From Cyanophora paradoxa CCMP329 (taxonomy: Eukaryota > Plantae > Glaucophyta): 64,000 nucleotides of DNA. Shown in pieces: positions 1 through 12,340 of this stretch (within the stretch, counting starts at the first letter, position 1; every line of letters begins with the position of its first letter). The notes beneath the pieces were generated by a model. It had not been told where the DNA came from and ran no database searches. It saw only the letters and a list, made by a program, of their open reading frames with translations. Location of the stretch: NCBI GenBank assembly GCA_004431415.1, contig QPMI01000180.1:124001-188000 (forward strand), in the 5' to 3' direction. The translations under genes and the position numbers were made by a program.

Positions 1-49
1 CCCACCCCTCCCCGCCCCCTCCCCGCCCCCCACTCACGCGGCCGGGCAG

Positions 50-1779
50 CGCTGCACGCGCTGACGCGGCCGTACGGGCTCCCCTTCGACAACCTCATCG
101 AGTCCTTCCTCCTCCTCGTCCTGGCCCTCGCGGCGGCGCTCGAGATCGCGGTCTCGGCGGCCTTCCTGCCCCCCGAGTACCCCCTGCGCTCGGTGCAGTA
201 CGTGCTCTACGTGGGGACCTTCGCCTCCGGCTTCGCCCTCGTCTCCGTCCACTTCATCCGCCACGTCCGCCCCGCCCCCTCCAACTCCCCGCAGCCCTTT
301 CCTTGCGATTGCCGTCGCTGAGGCGCGCGCGGGCCCCGCAGGCGCTGGCGGCGCGGCGGCGCAAGGCTGCGTGCGCGCCCGAGGGCGAGGAGGAGGAGGA
401 GGAGGAGTCGACCCTGGAGCTCGTCCAAGTCGACCGCGCCGGCGCCGGCGGGCCCGGCGGGCCCCGGCCCCCGAGCGCCGGCAGCTCGCCTCTGGTGCGG
501 CCGGCCAAGGGCGTGGACGGCGGCTCGGAGGGGGCCGAGGAGCGGCCGGCGGAGCGGGCGCGGCGGGCCTCGCCGGCGCCCTCCTCCTCGGCCGCCGACC
601 TCCGCACCGTCTCCCTCCAGTCGTGGCGCACCCCGCGAGCCGTGCGCCCCGCCCCCGGCCCCGCCCCCGCCCCCGCCGGGCGCTCTGAGTCGGGGCGGCA
701 GTGGCGGCGATGGCGGGGCCGGGGGCGAGGAGCACGCCTTCCCCCTCCTCCGCAGCATCGCCGCCGCGCGCCCCGCCCCGCCCCGCCCCGCCCCTCTGGA
801 GGCGCCCTCGCTCACACTCGGCGGCAGATGACGGCGCCGGGCGGCGAGGGCTCCTGGCGGGGCGGCGGCGACGGGAGCCCGCGCGGCTCCACCGGCTCCA
901 TCCGCATCCGCTCCCGCGGCCGCATCGCGGCGCCGGCGGCCGGCGGGGGCGGGGCGGGGCGGTAGCGGGAGCGGGAGCGGGAGCACGCCGCGGGGGCGGA
1001 GGCGTCGCCGCGGCCCTCGGCGGTGCTGGGCGCCGCGCTGGCGGGGCAGGGCGGCGGCTTCGCCTCAATCAACGCCTTCGCGGACCCGGCGCCGCCCTCG
1101 CGGGCCGTCCGCGTCGTCTACCACCCCGACCCCGCCGACCACCCGACCACGCCGCCGCCGCGCCCACGCCCCGCCCGCCGCCGACGCCCCCCCGCCGGCT
1201 TAGCGGCCTCGGTGGCGCCTGCGGGCGAGCAGGAGTCGGGTGGCCTCGGCCTGGTCGCGCGGGGCGCCCTCTGGACCGAGATTTCCCCTGGGCCGCCGGC
1301 GCGGGTACCGGTCCGGGCAGCGTGCGCACGAGCGTGGAGGGCGCGGGGCCGGCGGCGGCGGCGGCGGCGGCGATGTCCGCGGCTCCTCGTGGCGCTCCAT
1401 CGGCCGAAACTCGCCCGTCGCCTGGCCAGCCCGGCCCCCGCCTCGCCCCGGCCCTCCCGCCGCCCCCGCCCCCGCCCGAGCCAGCCGGCGGGCGGCAGCA
1501 CGCCCCGGCCCCCCTCTGGCGAGGCCGCCGCCCCGGATCCCAGCGCCTCCTCCCTCCCCCCGCCCGCCTGAGCCCTTAGGGGCGCCTCTCCGCTCGCAGT
1601 GGATGCCGTCTCGACAGCCAATCGAGCTCTTTCCGTACCGCACCGCGGGGCGCGAGCGCGACGGGCGAGAAGGGTCGAAGGAGAGAGATTTAAAAGGGGA
1701 AAAAGAGGGAAAGGGAAGGGGGAGGAGGGGAGGGAGGAAGGACAAGAGAAGTGATCATGACGGCGGGTTTACGCGGTGA
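50..1779 (+). CDS. 3' part of a multi-pass membrane protein with a long low-complexity tail (5' end lies outside the window; stop position uncertain)
   Basis: Exon after the CAG acceptor at 49 translates ALHALTRPYGLPFDNLIESFLLLVLALAAALEIAVSAAFLPPEYPLRSVQYVLYVGTFASGFALVSVHFIRH (hydrophobic helices, RPY..DN..E pattern), followed by GT-AG introns and Pro/Ser/Gly-rich exons. Confidence 0.45.
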
Positions 1780-4447
1780 GGGGCCGCGCGGGGCCCGCGG
1801 CGGGGGCAGGGGAGGGGGTTGCGGGCGGGGGCTGGAGTCCGGGCCGGGGCCGGGCGCGGCGAGGAGGGCCGGGGAGGACGGCGTCGGGTACAGGCCGTCC
1901 TCTTCGAGGGCCGCCACCAGCCGGCGCAGCGCCTCGGGCGCCGCCCGCCCCGCGGGCCGGCCGCGCCTTCCGGGCGGCGGGCGGGGCGCCGAGGGCGGCG
2001 GCGCGGTAGAAGGCGGCGTCGGGGCGGAGGCCGCCGCGCTCCCGCATCAGCCGCGGCACCGCCGGGATCAGCTCGTGCGGGTCCGCCTCCCCGGGCCCCG
2101 CCCGCCGCCCTCGACCGCCCCTCTGGCGCCGGGGCCGGTGCGGGCGGAGGCGAGGGCGGCGGCGAGGAGGGCGGCGTAGGGCTGCGGGCCGGGGCGCAGG
2201 CCGAGCTCGAGGGCGCGCTCGAGGAGGGCCCCGCCGCCGCCAGCCCCGCGGGCGAGCCCCGCGCCGCCAGCCCCGCCACCGCCGCCCCCACCGCCTCCGC
2301 CTCCGCGCCCGCCTCCGTCCCCCGCGCTGGCGGCGGCGGCGCGGAAGCCGGCGGGCCGCCTCGGGCGGGGGGCGGCGGGTCGGGGCCGGGGCCGGACGCG
2401 GGGCCGGGGCGGCGGCGAGGGCGTCGAGGTAGGCGCGGAGGGCGCGGGCGGCGCGCAGCGGGCGCCCCGCCGCGAGCAGCGCCTCCACCGCCTCCCGCAC
2501 GCCCCGGCCCCCGCCGCCCCCAGCCCCCCGCCTCGCCATCCTCTTCGTCGTCGTCGCCCTCCTCCTCCTTGGCCGCCCCCTGCGCGCCCGCCTTCAGCGG
2601 CGGCCGGCGGCCGGCGAGGCCAAGGGAGGGCAGCACCGTGGCGGGGCCCCGGGTTGCGGCGCGGGCGACGGCGCGGGTGGCGGCGGCACGCAGGAGCCGG
2701 ATGACCGCGGGCGGAGGGCGGTGGCGCCGGGGCGCGCGGCGGCGGCAGCGGCTGCGGCGGCAGCGGGAGGGCGCGGAGGGCGGCCCAGTCGCGCAGCTCC
2801 TCGAGGGCCTTCACCACCCCCGCGTACGCCGCTGCCGCCCCGTGAGGCGAGCCGTACAAGGCGGGGCCCAGGGAAGGCCGGGCGGGCGGGCGGGGCGCAC
2901 CGGCGGCGAGGTGCGGGCGGGCGGCGGCGAGGGAGGCGGCGTGGGAGAGGGCGGCGCCGCGGGAGCGGGGGGACTGGGCGAGCCCCCAGAAGTAGCCGGT
3001 CACCTGCGCCCCGGCGCCCGCTGAGCGGCGGGGCGGGGCGAGACGAGGCGGGCGGGAGGGGCCGCACCAGGTCTTCAAAGGTCGGGAGGAGCTCGGGGTC
3101 GACCTCAGCGCGCCCCATCCCCGCCGCCGCCTCGCGCGCCGCCTCCCGCCACCCGCCCCGCCGCCCGCCGCCGCCCTGCACCCGCCCTCGGCCGCCTGCA
3201 GGGGGAAGGCGGGCGGGGCGGGCGGGCGGGGCGCACGAGACGGCGGCGCGGAGGGTGTGGGGCCGGAAGGAGCCGAGGATGCCGGCGCGGCGCATCTCGC
3301 CGAGCTTCTCCAGCGCCCCCGGCACGTCCCCGTCCCGCACGTGCCGCGCGATCCCCGCGTTGAAGTACTGCCCGCCCCCGTCGGCCGGCGCGGCGGGCGG
3401 GCGGAGGCGGGCGGCGGGGGCGGGGCGGACGGCGTGGCTGTGGCGGGCCCCGCGCAGATCCCCGCCAGCGTCCGCAGCAGGTCCCGCTGCACCTCGGCTC
3501 GTCCCGAGGCGGAGGGGGCGGGGCGGCGGGGCGGCGGGCGCACGCGGCGGCAGCGGAAGGCGCAGTCGATGGCCTCGAGGAGGAGCTCGTCGGCCGGGCG
3601 CCCCTCCTGCGCCGGAGTGAGCGCGCGAGGCGGAGGCGGCGGGAGGGGCGGGGCGGGGCGGGCGGGGGCGCCTCGTAGAAGACGGCGAGGACGGCGAGGC
3701 GGCCTGCGGGTTGCTCGCGGCGAGGAAGCGCCGCGTGATCGCCGCGTACGTCCCCGGCAGCACCGCGACGCGGCACAGCCCCGCCGGCGCCTCCCGCACC
3801 CGCCGCACCAGCTCCCACGCCGCCCGCCCCGCCGCGTCCATCGCCCCGTCCAGCGCAGCCGCCCCGGCGCCCCGCCCCGGCCCGGGCGCCAGCTCGGCGG
3901 GGAAGAGCTCGTGCTGCTCGGCCCGCCGCGCCGACGCGTCCGCCCGCCGCAGCACGAACGCCACCGCCTCGTGCAGCAGCGCACCTGCCGCCCGCCCGCC
4001 CGCCCCGTCGGCGCCCGCCCCGCGGCCGCCCGGGCGCTGCGCCGGCGCGTGCGCACCGCTGGGGCGGTAGGCGGAGCGGGAGAGGATGAGGTCGAAGGCG
4101 GCGTCGAAGGAGGCGCCGTCCTGCTCCTTGATCGCCGCCAGGAGGAGCTTGTGCGCGACCGCCTCGATCGACTCGGCGTGCTTGAACTGGGCGATTCGCG
4201 CGAGCGCCGGCCCGACCCGCCGCGCCTCCAGCTCGTGCTGCACGTAGCGGATGTCCAGCCTGTCCGAGTTGCGCGGCACCACGACGCCATCCTTCGCGAG
4301 CCTGCTCGCAGCGGTCCCGGCCGAAGCGCGAGACGGACCGTCGCCGCCCAGCGCCGCGCTCGCTGCGCCGCGCGTGCCGCCGAACGCTGTGCTGACCGTC
4401 CTGCAGAGCACACCGCGCGCGCGGGCGAGGCGCCAGGCGGCCAGCAT
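1769..4447 (-). CDS. Pentatricopeptide-repeat-like protein, probably mitochondrion-targeted; frameshifted in the assembly, 3' end approximate
   Basis: N-terminus MLAAWRLARARGVLCRTVST resembles a presequence; PPR-like units YFNAGIARHVRDGDVPGALEKLGEMRRAGI, LLERALELGLRPGPQPYAALLAAL, LMRERGGLRPDAAFYRAA. Confidence 0.55.
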
Positions 4448-4838
4448 CGACCCGACCGGACGCTGCAACTGGCTGGATTGGTCGCGGCGGTGCGGTTCCG
4501 GCTAATCAACAGCTCGGTGCCTACAACCGAGCAGGGCGCAGCAAGCTCATGGAGATCATCGCCGTCGGGGTATCGAATAATTGGGCGCCGGCTGGCTAGC
4601 GCTCGGCATGCGCATTCGCCGGAGCGGCGATGTCTGCAGCTGCAAGCGCATCGCGATCGGTTAGGGCGATCGCTCGCAAGCGTTCAGGCCCCGGCGCGCT
4701 AGCCCGCGAAGGCAAGCGCTGGCTAGCGCCCGTCGCTTTCGCGGCGCAGTGCACATGGTGGCGCCGGCAATTCTGATTCCCAGAACAACACGGATTTACT
4801 TGGGCCGGCACGGCGGCCGGCGCCGGGGAGGGGCGCGC

Positions 4839-6471
4839 TCAGTCGGCGGGGGAGGACCGGTAGGCGAACTCGTCGTAGGGGCGGCGGGTGTCCAGCCCCT
4901 CGCAGCGCAGGTCTGCGGCCCGCGCGCGTTGAGACGTGCCTGCCGCGGCCCGCAGGAAGACGAAGGGCGCGCGCACCGTGGGCCTGCAGCGCGTGCTGCA
5001 CCTCGGCGTCCGCCTCCCACGCCCCTGCGCCCGCGCCGCGCCCACGCCACGGTCGGGCGAGGACCCTCGAGCTCGCGCGGGCCGGCCGGGGCGGCGGACG
5101 ACCGAGGCTCCGCCGGGAGACTCACGGGTGCGGCGGCCTCTAGACGCGAGTCGGCGCACCGGGCCCGCCCGAGGCGCCCTTCGCCGCCGTCGTCTGGCCT
5201 GTGCGGGTGTCGGTTGTGCGGAGCCTGGAGGGGCGCGGGGGCGCACCGTAGCCGCCCTGGGGCTGCGCGCTCGACGCCCACCCTGCGCGAGGCGGCGTGG
5301 GAGGGCGCCGCGGCGATTCACCGTCGGGCGCGGCAGGCGGGGCGCATGCGCACCTCCCGTCTGCTGGGGCGGGTAGGGTGACGGGGCCATCTGGGGCGGG
5401 TACGGGCCGGACGCCGGCGGGTACGAGGCGGTTGTGGGCGGGTAGGAGGCCGGGGCCGGGAGCTGCGGCTGCGTGTACCCAGGTGCAGCCGTGCTGTACG
5501 AGGTGCTCGTCGTCGTGGTCTTGTACCCCGCTGTGGCCGTGGCAGGCAAGCAGGCTCAGAGGCGCAGAGGGGCCGGCGCCGACGCAGGGTGGGCAGCTCG
5601 AGGCGGACCCGGGCCGGTGGTGACAGTCTGCCGCCGGCCGAGGACGCACTAAGGGACGCGAAGAGGGCGGGCGCAGGGGGCGGCGCACGGTGGGACCGTA
5701 GTACTCCATGTAGCGGGGCGCCGGCCCGCCCTGGTCGCGCAGGACGGCGTACGTGGGCGGGCCCGCCATGACGGGCACCCGCTGGCGCGCCGCGCTGTCG
5801 ACCTCGTGCTCCCGGTACATCTCCGACCCGCCCTTCGCCCCTGCCCACGGCGCGTCGGTGAGCGCACTGCGAAAGGCGTGACCGGCACCCGCGCACCGAT
5901 GGCGAGGCCGGCGACAGCGCCCGTGATGGTGCCCACCGCTGCTCCGAGCGTCCCCGCCGCGCTGCGCGGCCGAAGCGCGCAGCCGATGTCAAGAGAAGGC
6001 TTCGGGGGGAGGGCGCGCATGCGCGCGCGCGAGCGCGAGCAATTCGCAAGAATGCCCGACGTGAAGAGGACCTCAAACAAGCTGCATTCGCGCTCCGAGA
6101 CCGCGCGCGGGCAACGGAAGCGCTCGGCGGCGCCAAAATCGGACACGCACAAGGCGCCGAGCTTGCTGTGGTGCTGCTTCTTCGGATGCGCAGTCGGCTC
6201 GTACGTGTACGGAGTCGCCACGGTCGTCGCCGGCGCCACGGTCGTTGTTGCAACCGGCGCCCCGCTCCGCAGATACAAAGGCGTCTCCCGAACGTACGTG
6301 CCCTGTTCGAAGGAGATTGGATCGGTGCTCTAGGGCAGCGATCTCGCGCGCCGCACCTTCGCTTGCGGAGCGCCGGCGCCAAACGTCTCCGTCGTCGTCG
6401 TGCGAGAGTACTGGCTCTGCGACGTCTATTAGCGCGCTCCGACGCGGGGAGCGTGGGCAGCGCGCCTGCAT
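4839..6471 (-). CDS. Hypothetical Pro/Tyr/Thr-rich protein with one glycine-zipper-like hydrophobic segment
   Basis: Spliced exons MQARCPRSPRR..., GTYVRETPLYLRSGAPVATTT, TLGAAVGTITGAVAGLAIG, ASYPPTTASYPPASGPYPPQMAPSPYPPQ, ending YDEFAYRSSPAD*. Confidence 0.5.
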
Positions 6472-6592
6472 CGTGTTTGCGGCGGGGTCCCGGGTTCGAT
6501 CGGGAGGGGTAGGTGGAATCTGATCCGGGGTAGGCGAACTAAGCTTACAGTTGCTCTGCCACCTTGCAGGCTTCTCACAAATCTCTCGAAGA

Positions 6593-8280
6593 ATGACGTG
6601 CGTACCGCCGATTGGAAGCTCGGTACGTACGCGCCGTTCGCCGGAAAATGCCGCTGCGTTCGTCTCACATGCTCTCGCGTGCAGGTCTGGGACTCGCACT
6701 GGAGTCGATCTAACTACAGACCGTGGGGCGGTTCGCGCGCTCGCGCAACCTGAGCGGCCGCCGCGCCGCGCGTCGCGCGCTGTTCCATGTCGCGCCTCGG
6801 CCCTCCACGCGCGCGCAGCGAGAGACTGGACCCGCACGCACGGCCAGGGCATCGACAACAGGCTCCCGGAGCGGCCGCTGGACAGGGTTATAGTGCCGGG
6901 CCACAGTGCGTGCTTGAGATTCTCGGCTGCGGATATGTGCCCTCTAGTTCTCGAGCTCGCCGACGTTGCAGTTTGCTCACGCACACGCTCGCGCAGCGAC
7001 GACGCTCTCCGCGGGAGGCCCGCAGCTCGCGCAGCAGCCGTACGGCGTCGCGGGCGCCGGCGGCTATTCTTACGGCTACGCGCCCCGGCCCGCGACGGCG
7101 CCGATGCATATGCATCTGTACAGCGCGCCGCTGTACAGCAGCAGCAGCGCGCCTCTGTACAGCAGCGGCGCGCCGCTTCGTGCGCGGTCTCCCTGCCCCG
7201 CCCGAGTGTTCTGGGTTCCTCCTCACGGCGCGCGCGCCGCAGCCGTCGGCTACGGCGGCGCTCCGTACGCGTACACGGGTCCGGGAGCGAGCTCTGGTAC
7301 GTACACGTACACGTACGGCCGGGGCGCGCCGCTGCAGCAGGGCGCGCCGCTGCAGCAGGGCGCGCCGCTGCAGCAGGGCGCGTCGTTCACCGTCACGGCC
7401 CCCCCGGGTGCCGCGCTGCCCTTCCCCGTGCCGAGCGCCGGCAGCCGGCAGTCTCTCGGCGCGCGCTGAACGGGGCCTGCAGGTCCCTCGGGTCCGGCCG
7501 GCGTCTCCGGCGCCGGGCCGGCGGGGGAAGGCCCGCCGCGTTCGGGCGTGCGGCGCGCCCTCTTCTCCGGCGGCCCGCGCGGCGGCCCGCGCAGCGGCCG
7601 CCCGCCCCGCCGGCGCCGCAGCAGCGCGCCGGCCCGGAGCCGATGGGCGGGCCCGGGCAGAGCCCGATGGTGCGCCGGCCGCGCCGCGGCCCGCGTCCCC
7701 GCCGGACCGACTGGCCGCGCCTCCGCAGGGGCCGCGCCGCCGCCGCCGCCGGGGCGCTCGCGGCTCGGGGGCTACGCGCTGCAGTTCGAGAGCCCGCCGC
7801 AGGAGTCGCCCCCGCAGATGCGCTCCCGCTACGCCGACGCCTACGCCTACGGTGCGCGCCCTCGAGCCCAGCCGCGCCCGCTCGACCCTGCCGCCCCTGA
7901 GGCTCGGACGCAGGGCCGGACCCGGGCTCTCCGTCGGGCCCGGAGCAGTGGACGACGGGGCAGGCCTACCGCGGGCCCCCCGCCCTCTACCGCGCCACGG
8001 CCGCCGGCGACGCCTCCTACCAGCCCCGCGTGCGCCTCGTTCTCGCTGCTCTCCTGCGCCGGGCGAGGGCGAGGACAAGGGCGGGGGCGCAGGGGGCGGA
8101 GGCCTGGCACCGGGCGCAGGCGCAGGCGCAGCCGGCCACCGAGGGGGCGCCCTTCTCGCGCCCCGTCCGCGGCGGCGGCGACATCCCCGCCTGAGGGCCT
8201 CCTCCGGCGGTCCCCAAGCGACCCCCGCGGCCGCCCCGCCCCGCGTCTGGCGACCGTCGGACTGTACATATATATTTCAC
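6593..8280 (+). CDS. Hypothetical Pro/Tyr/Gly/Gln-rich protein, head-to-head with the previous gene; 3' end uncertain
   Basis: Phase-consistent GT-AG splicing gives MTCVPPIGSS-VWDSHWSRSNYRPWG-ARDWTRTHGQGIDNRLPERPLDRVIVPGH-TTTLSAGGPQLAQQPYG... Confidence 0.45.
7323..7376 (+). repeat. 3 x 18-bp coding tandem repeat (GAPLQQ)
   Basis: ggcgcgccgctgcagcag repeated three times. Confidence 0.9.
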
Positions 8281-10129
8281 TGGGTCACTGGGGGTGCCGA
8301 GGCGCGGGGTCGGGGGGGAGGGCAGAGGAGGACGGCGGGGGCAGGGCGCGGCGGAGGGCGGGGGCGGCGAGGCCGGCGGGTCCCGCAGGGCGACGCGGCG
8401 GAGGCCGGGCGGCGGCGGCGGCGCGGGCGAGGGAGCCGGCGGCGTGCGGGGAGAAGCCCGGCCCTCGGCCGCCAGCCGCAGCTCCTCCAGCAGGGGTACC
8501 GCAGCAGCGCCGAAAAGTCGGCGGGGGCCGGCGGGGCGGGGCGGCGGGGCCGGCGGGGCGAGCGAGAAGGGTTGGGCTGCGGTGCGGGGCCCGGCGCCGG
8601 GCGGGCGGGGCGTGGGCAGGGCGAGGAGGTGGAGCTCGAGGGAACGCAGGCCCGGGGCGGCCGGCAGGAGCGGGAGGGCGGCCGGGGCAGCAGCAGGCGG
8701 GGCCCGAGGGCGAGGGCCCGCAACCGCCCAAGGCGCCCCAGGGCCGCCACGTGGGCGGGGCGCGCGGCGAGCGGCGCCGAGGCGAGCCGCGCGGGGGCGC
8801 GCAGCGTGAGGGAGGCGAGGGAGGGCAGGCCCCCCGCCGCCGCGAAGTACCGCCCGTCCGCCTTCGAGGGGGAACCGGTCGGGGTGGGCGGGCGTGGGTC
8901 CGGAAGCTAAAGCGGAAGGGGGCACCTCGGCGTAGGGGGCGGGCCCGTCGAGGGCGGGGGCGGGGAGGGCGAGGGCGAGGCTCTCGAGGCGCGGCGCCGC
9001 CCGGCAGAGCGCCTGCCCACCGACTCTCAGCCTCGAGCCTCGAGCTGGACGCGCGCGGAGCGGGGCGGGGCGGGCAAACGTGAGCGCACGGCGAAGGCGT
9101 CGGGGGCGAGGGGGTGGTCGGAGAGGTCGAGGTGCGCGAGCTGCGCCAGGGAGGCCCCCGCTGCGAGCTCCACGTCCTCCCACCCCACCTGCCCCCGCGC
9201 GCCCCGCCCCCAGTTAGCTATATATGGTTTATCAACGAACGCGCTAGCGCAAGCGATATCGATGTCAGCCTGCTAAGATCTAGACTTTAGAATATCAGCC
9301 GCTCAATTGCAAGACCTAGCTATAGAGGGCTTGGGCGGAGCCACCTGGCAGCGGAAGGCGAGGCGAGCGAGGGCGGCCTGCAGCCCCATGAACTCCCGCA
9401 CCCGCTCCCGCATCCCCTCCAGCTCCGCGCCCTCCCCACCATTCTCCCCTGCGCAAAAGGCGTCGACTTCTGCGTACAATCGCCGCGGCGCGACTGACTG
9501 CAGGCTTAAGGCTGTAATTGCAGGGCCACGGGCAAGCTTTAAGCCTTGAGCTTGGAGCGATTATGAGCGGCTCCCGACTCCCCGGGCCCGGATCGGAGTC
9601 CAAGCCCGGCCCGCTAGCGCACCGGGATTGATGACGCAGCGAAATGAGAGGTGGTGGAGCGGGGGCACGGCGCAGAGGGCAGCGATTCCACGCTCGCTCA
9701 GCCCCGAGCGCGCGCCACACGCCCCATCCATGATGCACTCGATTTCCAGATCGAGGGAACGTGCCCCAGCTGCGCATCGCGCCAACCGCAACAGCCGCCG
9801 ATCGTTCAAGCGCCGCCTGCACTCTGCTTAGCGCTAGCGAATTCGACTGGTTTCTTTTGAGCTAGCTATAGATGTATGGAATCGACGCACGACCAGCCCT
9901 GCGCATGCGCGAAAGAAGTTTTTTGCAGGCACCGCGAAATTCGCAGGGCCGGGCCTCATGATCATGATCAAGCTCGCACCTCGGGAAGGGAGACGTGGGC
10001 CCATTGGAGGCGCTGGACGAGGTTGCGGAAGCGGCGGCAGACGGCTGGGAGATCGCCATCAACCTGCGGGAGCGGCAGAAGGAGGAAGACGCTCTGCAGA
10101 ATCTCGTCCGGCAACGAGTCGATTGTCAT
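8277..10129 (-). CDS. F-box/LRR (RNI-like) protein; F-box exon missed by the ORF track; 3' end approximate
   Basis: First exon MTIDSLPDEILQSVFLLLPLPQVDGDLPAVCRRFRNLVQRLQWAHVSLPE is a clear F-box; downstream LRR units ARSLDLEIEC, LESLALAL, GLRSLELHL, LLEELRL. Confidence 0.7.
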
Positions 10130-10443
10130 CGCCGCGCGCGTCGAAACAGCGCAGCCCAGGCCTGGCAGCCCAATGCAACTGCAGTGTACTACTGCAGTAC
10201 TAGTCCCCCCCTCCCCCCCTCCTCCTCCCTAGCTATAGGCCTCAAGCTCCCCTACTAGGCTAGGCCTCTTCCTCCGTGCACGATGATCACGTGCACGGCC
10301 CGGCCCGGCGCATGCCGGAATCTCCTCGCGATCGATCCCCTCCGAGGCTCTAACGAATTCGAATTCGCGAATTCCCCTGCGAGCAGGCTGCCACTTCCCA
10401 GTTCGCCAACCGTTGAACACAACAGTTGAACGGCGGCCTATAG

Positions 10444-11884
10444 CTAGGGGAGGGACTCGAGACGGACGGGGACGCCGCGGGCGCGGAGGGCGGCGGCCGC
10501 CGCCTCGCGCTCCTCGAGGGTCAAACCGCCCCACGCCGCCCGCTCCCGCCACGCCAGCGAGCAGCCGGCGGGCGGGTGCAGGCCCCACACCAGCGGCGAG
10601 GGCGCCCGCAGGAGGGCCAGGGAGCGGAGGGTGCGGGGCAGGGCGGCAAGGACGGGGCTCGCGGCGAGGCTGGAGCCGCAGTCGAGGGTGAGGGCGGAGA
10701 GGCGCGGGGCGGCGCGGAGGGCGTCGGCAAGGCGCGTGGCGACGGCGGCGGAGGTGAGGGGCTGGAGCAGCGCGAGCCGCTCGAGGCCCGGGGCGTTGGC
10801 GGCGACGAGCGCCGCCGCCCAGAGGTCCGCCTCGGAGGCGCGGGGCCCCTCCCGCAGCGCCTGCACGTCCAGCGCCCGCAGAGACGGGAGCAGGGGCCGC
10901 GGCGAGGCGGCATCGGGGGCGGCCAGGCCCGAGAGGCGGAGGGTGAGGGCGCGGAGGCCCGGGAGGGCGGCGAGGGGCGCGAGGCGCGAGGCGGCGAGGG
11001 GCAGGCGGTGGCGGAGGGTGAGCGAGGCGAGGCCGGCGGCGGCGGCCGGCTCGGCGGCGAGGGGCGCCAGGTCGAGGGCCCGCAGGACGGAGCCGTCCGA
11101 GCCGGCGCCGAAGGCGACCTGCAGGCCCCCGGCCCCGAAGAGCGCGTTCCGCCCGCTCCAGCAGTCCTCCAGCTCGAGGGACCACTCCCGCGCGGCGCCG
11201 GCCTCGCCGAAGACGCCGGCCCAGGAGGGCACGAAGCAGCGCTCGAGGCGGAGGGCCGCCAGGCGGGGGCACGCCCCGCCACGAGGGCGAGGGCCGGCCC
11301 CACGGCGAGCTCGAGGCCGGGGCTGCCCCCGAGCCGCACCCGCAGCTCCCGCAGGCCGCGCAGCCCCGCGGCGGCCCGCACCTCGTCGAGCACGCGCTCG
11401 GCGGCGGCGGCCGGCGGCCCCGGGTCGGGCTGCAGCCGCAGGTCCAGCACCTCCAGCAGCGCCGGCCGCGGCAGCGCCGCCAGGACGCGCGCCACCGTCC
11501 CGCTCCCGCCCATCATCTCCAGGTGCCGCAGCCGCACGAACCACTCCGCCTCCTCTGCGGTGACCGTCAGCGGCCGGCCCGCGCGCGACCGCGCGATGGC
11601 GAACGAGCGCGGCGCCCACCGTTGAGCAGGCGGAGGAGGAAGTAGTCGTCCGAGTCGTACGTCACGCGAGAGCAGAAGGAGAGCGGCCCGCCCGCGCCGT
11701 CGATCAGGGCACGGGTGCGCCGGCAGGCCGCGCGGAGAGCGCAGACGACCCGCAGGCCCGCCATCGACGGGGAAGCGTGCGCGACGCGCTCGATCACGCC
11801 CTCGAGCAGCTCGTCGGGCAGCTGGAGCAGCTGCGCCGCCGCGACGGCCTCCGTGTCCCCGCTCGCCCTGGGCGGCGGCTCCAT
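10444..11884 (-). CDS. F-box/LRR protein, apparently intronless, with two frameshifts (assembly error or pseudogene)
   Basis: LLQLPDELLEGVIERVA...VVCALRAACRRTRALI F-box; LRRs LRHLEM, LEVLDL, LRELRV, CPRLAALRLERC, LRALTLRL, LERLAL, LRSLAL. Confidence 0.7.
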
Positions 11885-12340
11885 CGCACGCCCGACGCCG
11901 CGCTGCCTTGTGCGAGAGACTAGGCCGCTGGGCGCTACGCTGCGGGCGCTAGGGCGCTTCGAATTCACCTGAGATTCGCTGAGAACGAAGAGGGGGTATA
12001 GATTCAGTAGAGCGCCAGCGGCCGGCAGCGGCGATCCGAGTCGAGCGAGAGACGAGATCGTGAGAATCTTCGTCCTTGAGCGCCGTGCGTGCGGCGCGAG
12101 GGCGTTCGCGGTGCGCTCTAGCCGCGCGCGCCCGCCGGAGCTGATTCGAATGCGCGCCGCAGATCTTCGGAAGCTAAGGAATTGAAGGACGCGGCGCCGC
12201 ACGACGCGTGCCAGCGGCGGCGACGGAGCAGCGCAGCGTTCGTTTTTCGAGCGCGTCCGGAGACCGAGAACGGCAGCGGAAGTTGCAGCGGAGCTCAGGC
12301 TGCGTCGGTAGCTTAGCTCAATCGCACGGAGCGGCGCAGC

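Noticed and set aside
9995-10258. Plus-strand ORF MGPLEALDEV...
   Set aside because: It is the antisense shadow of the F-box exon on the minus strand
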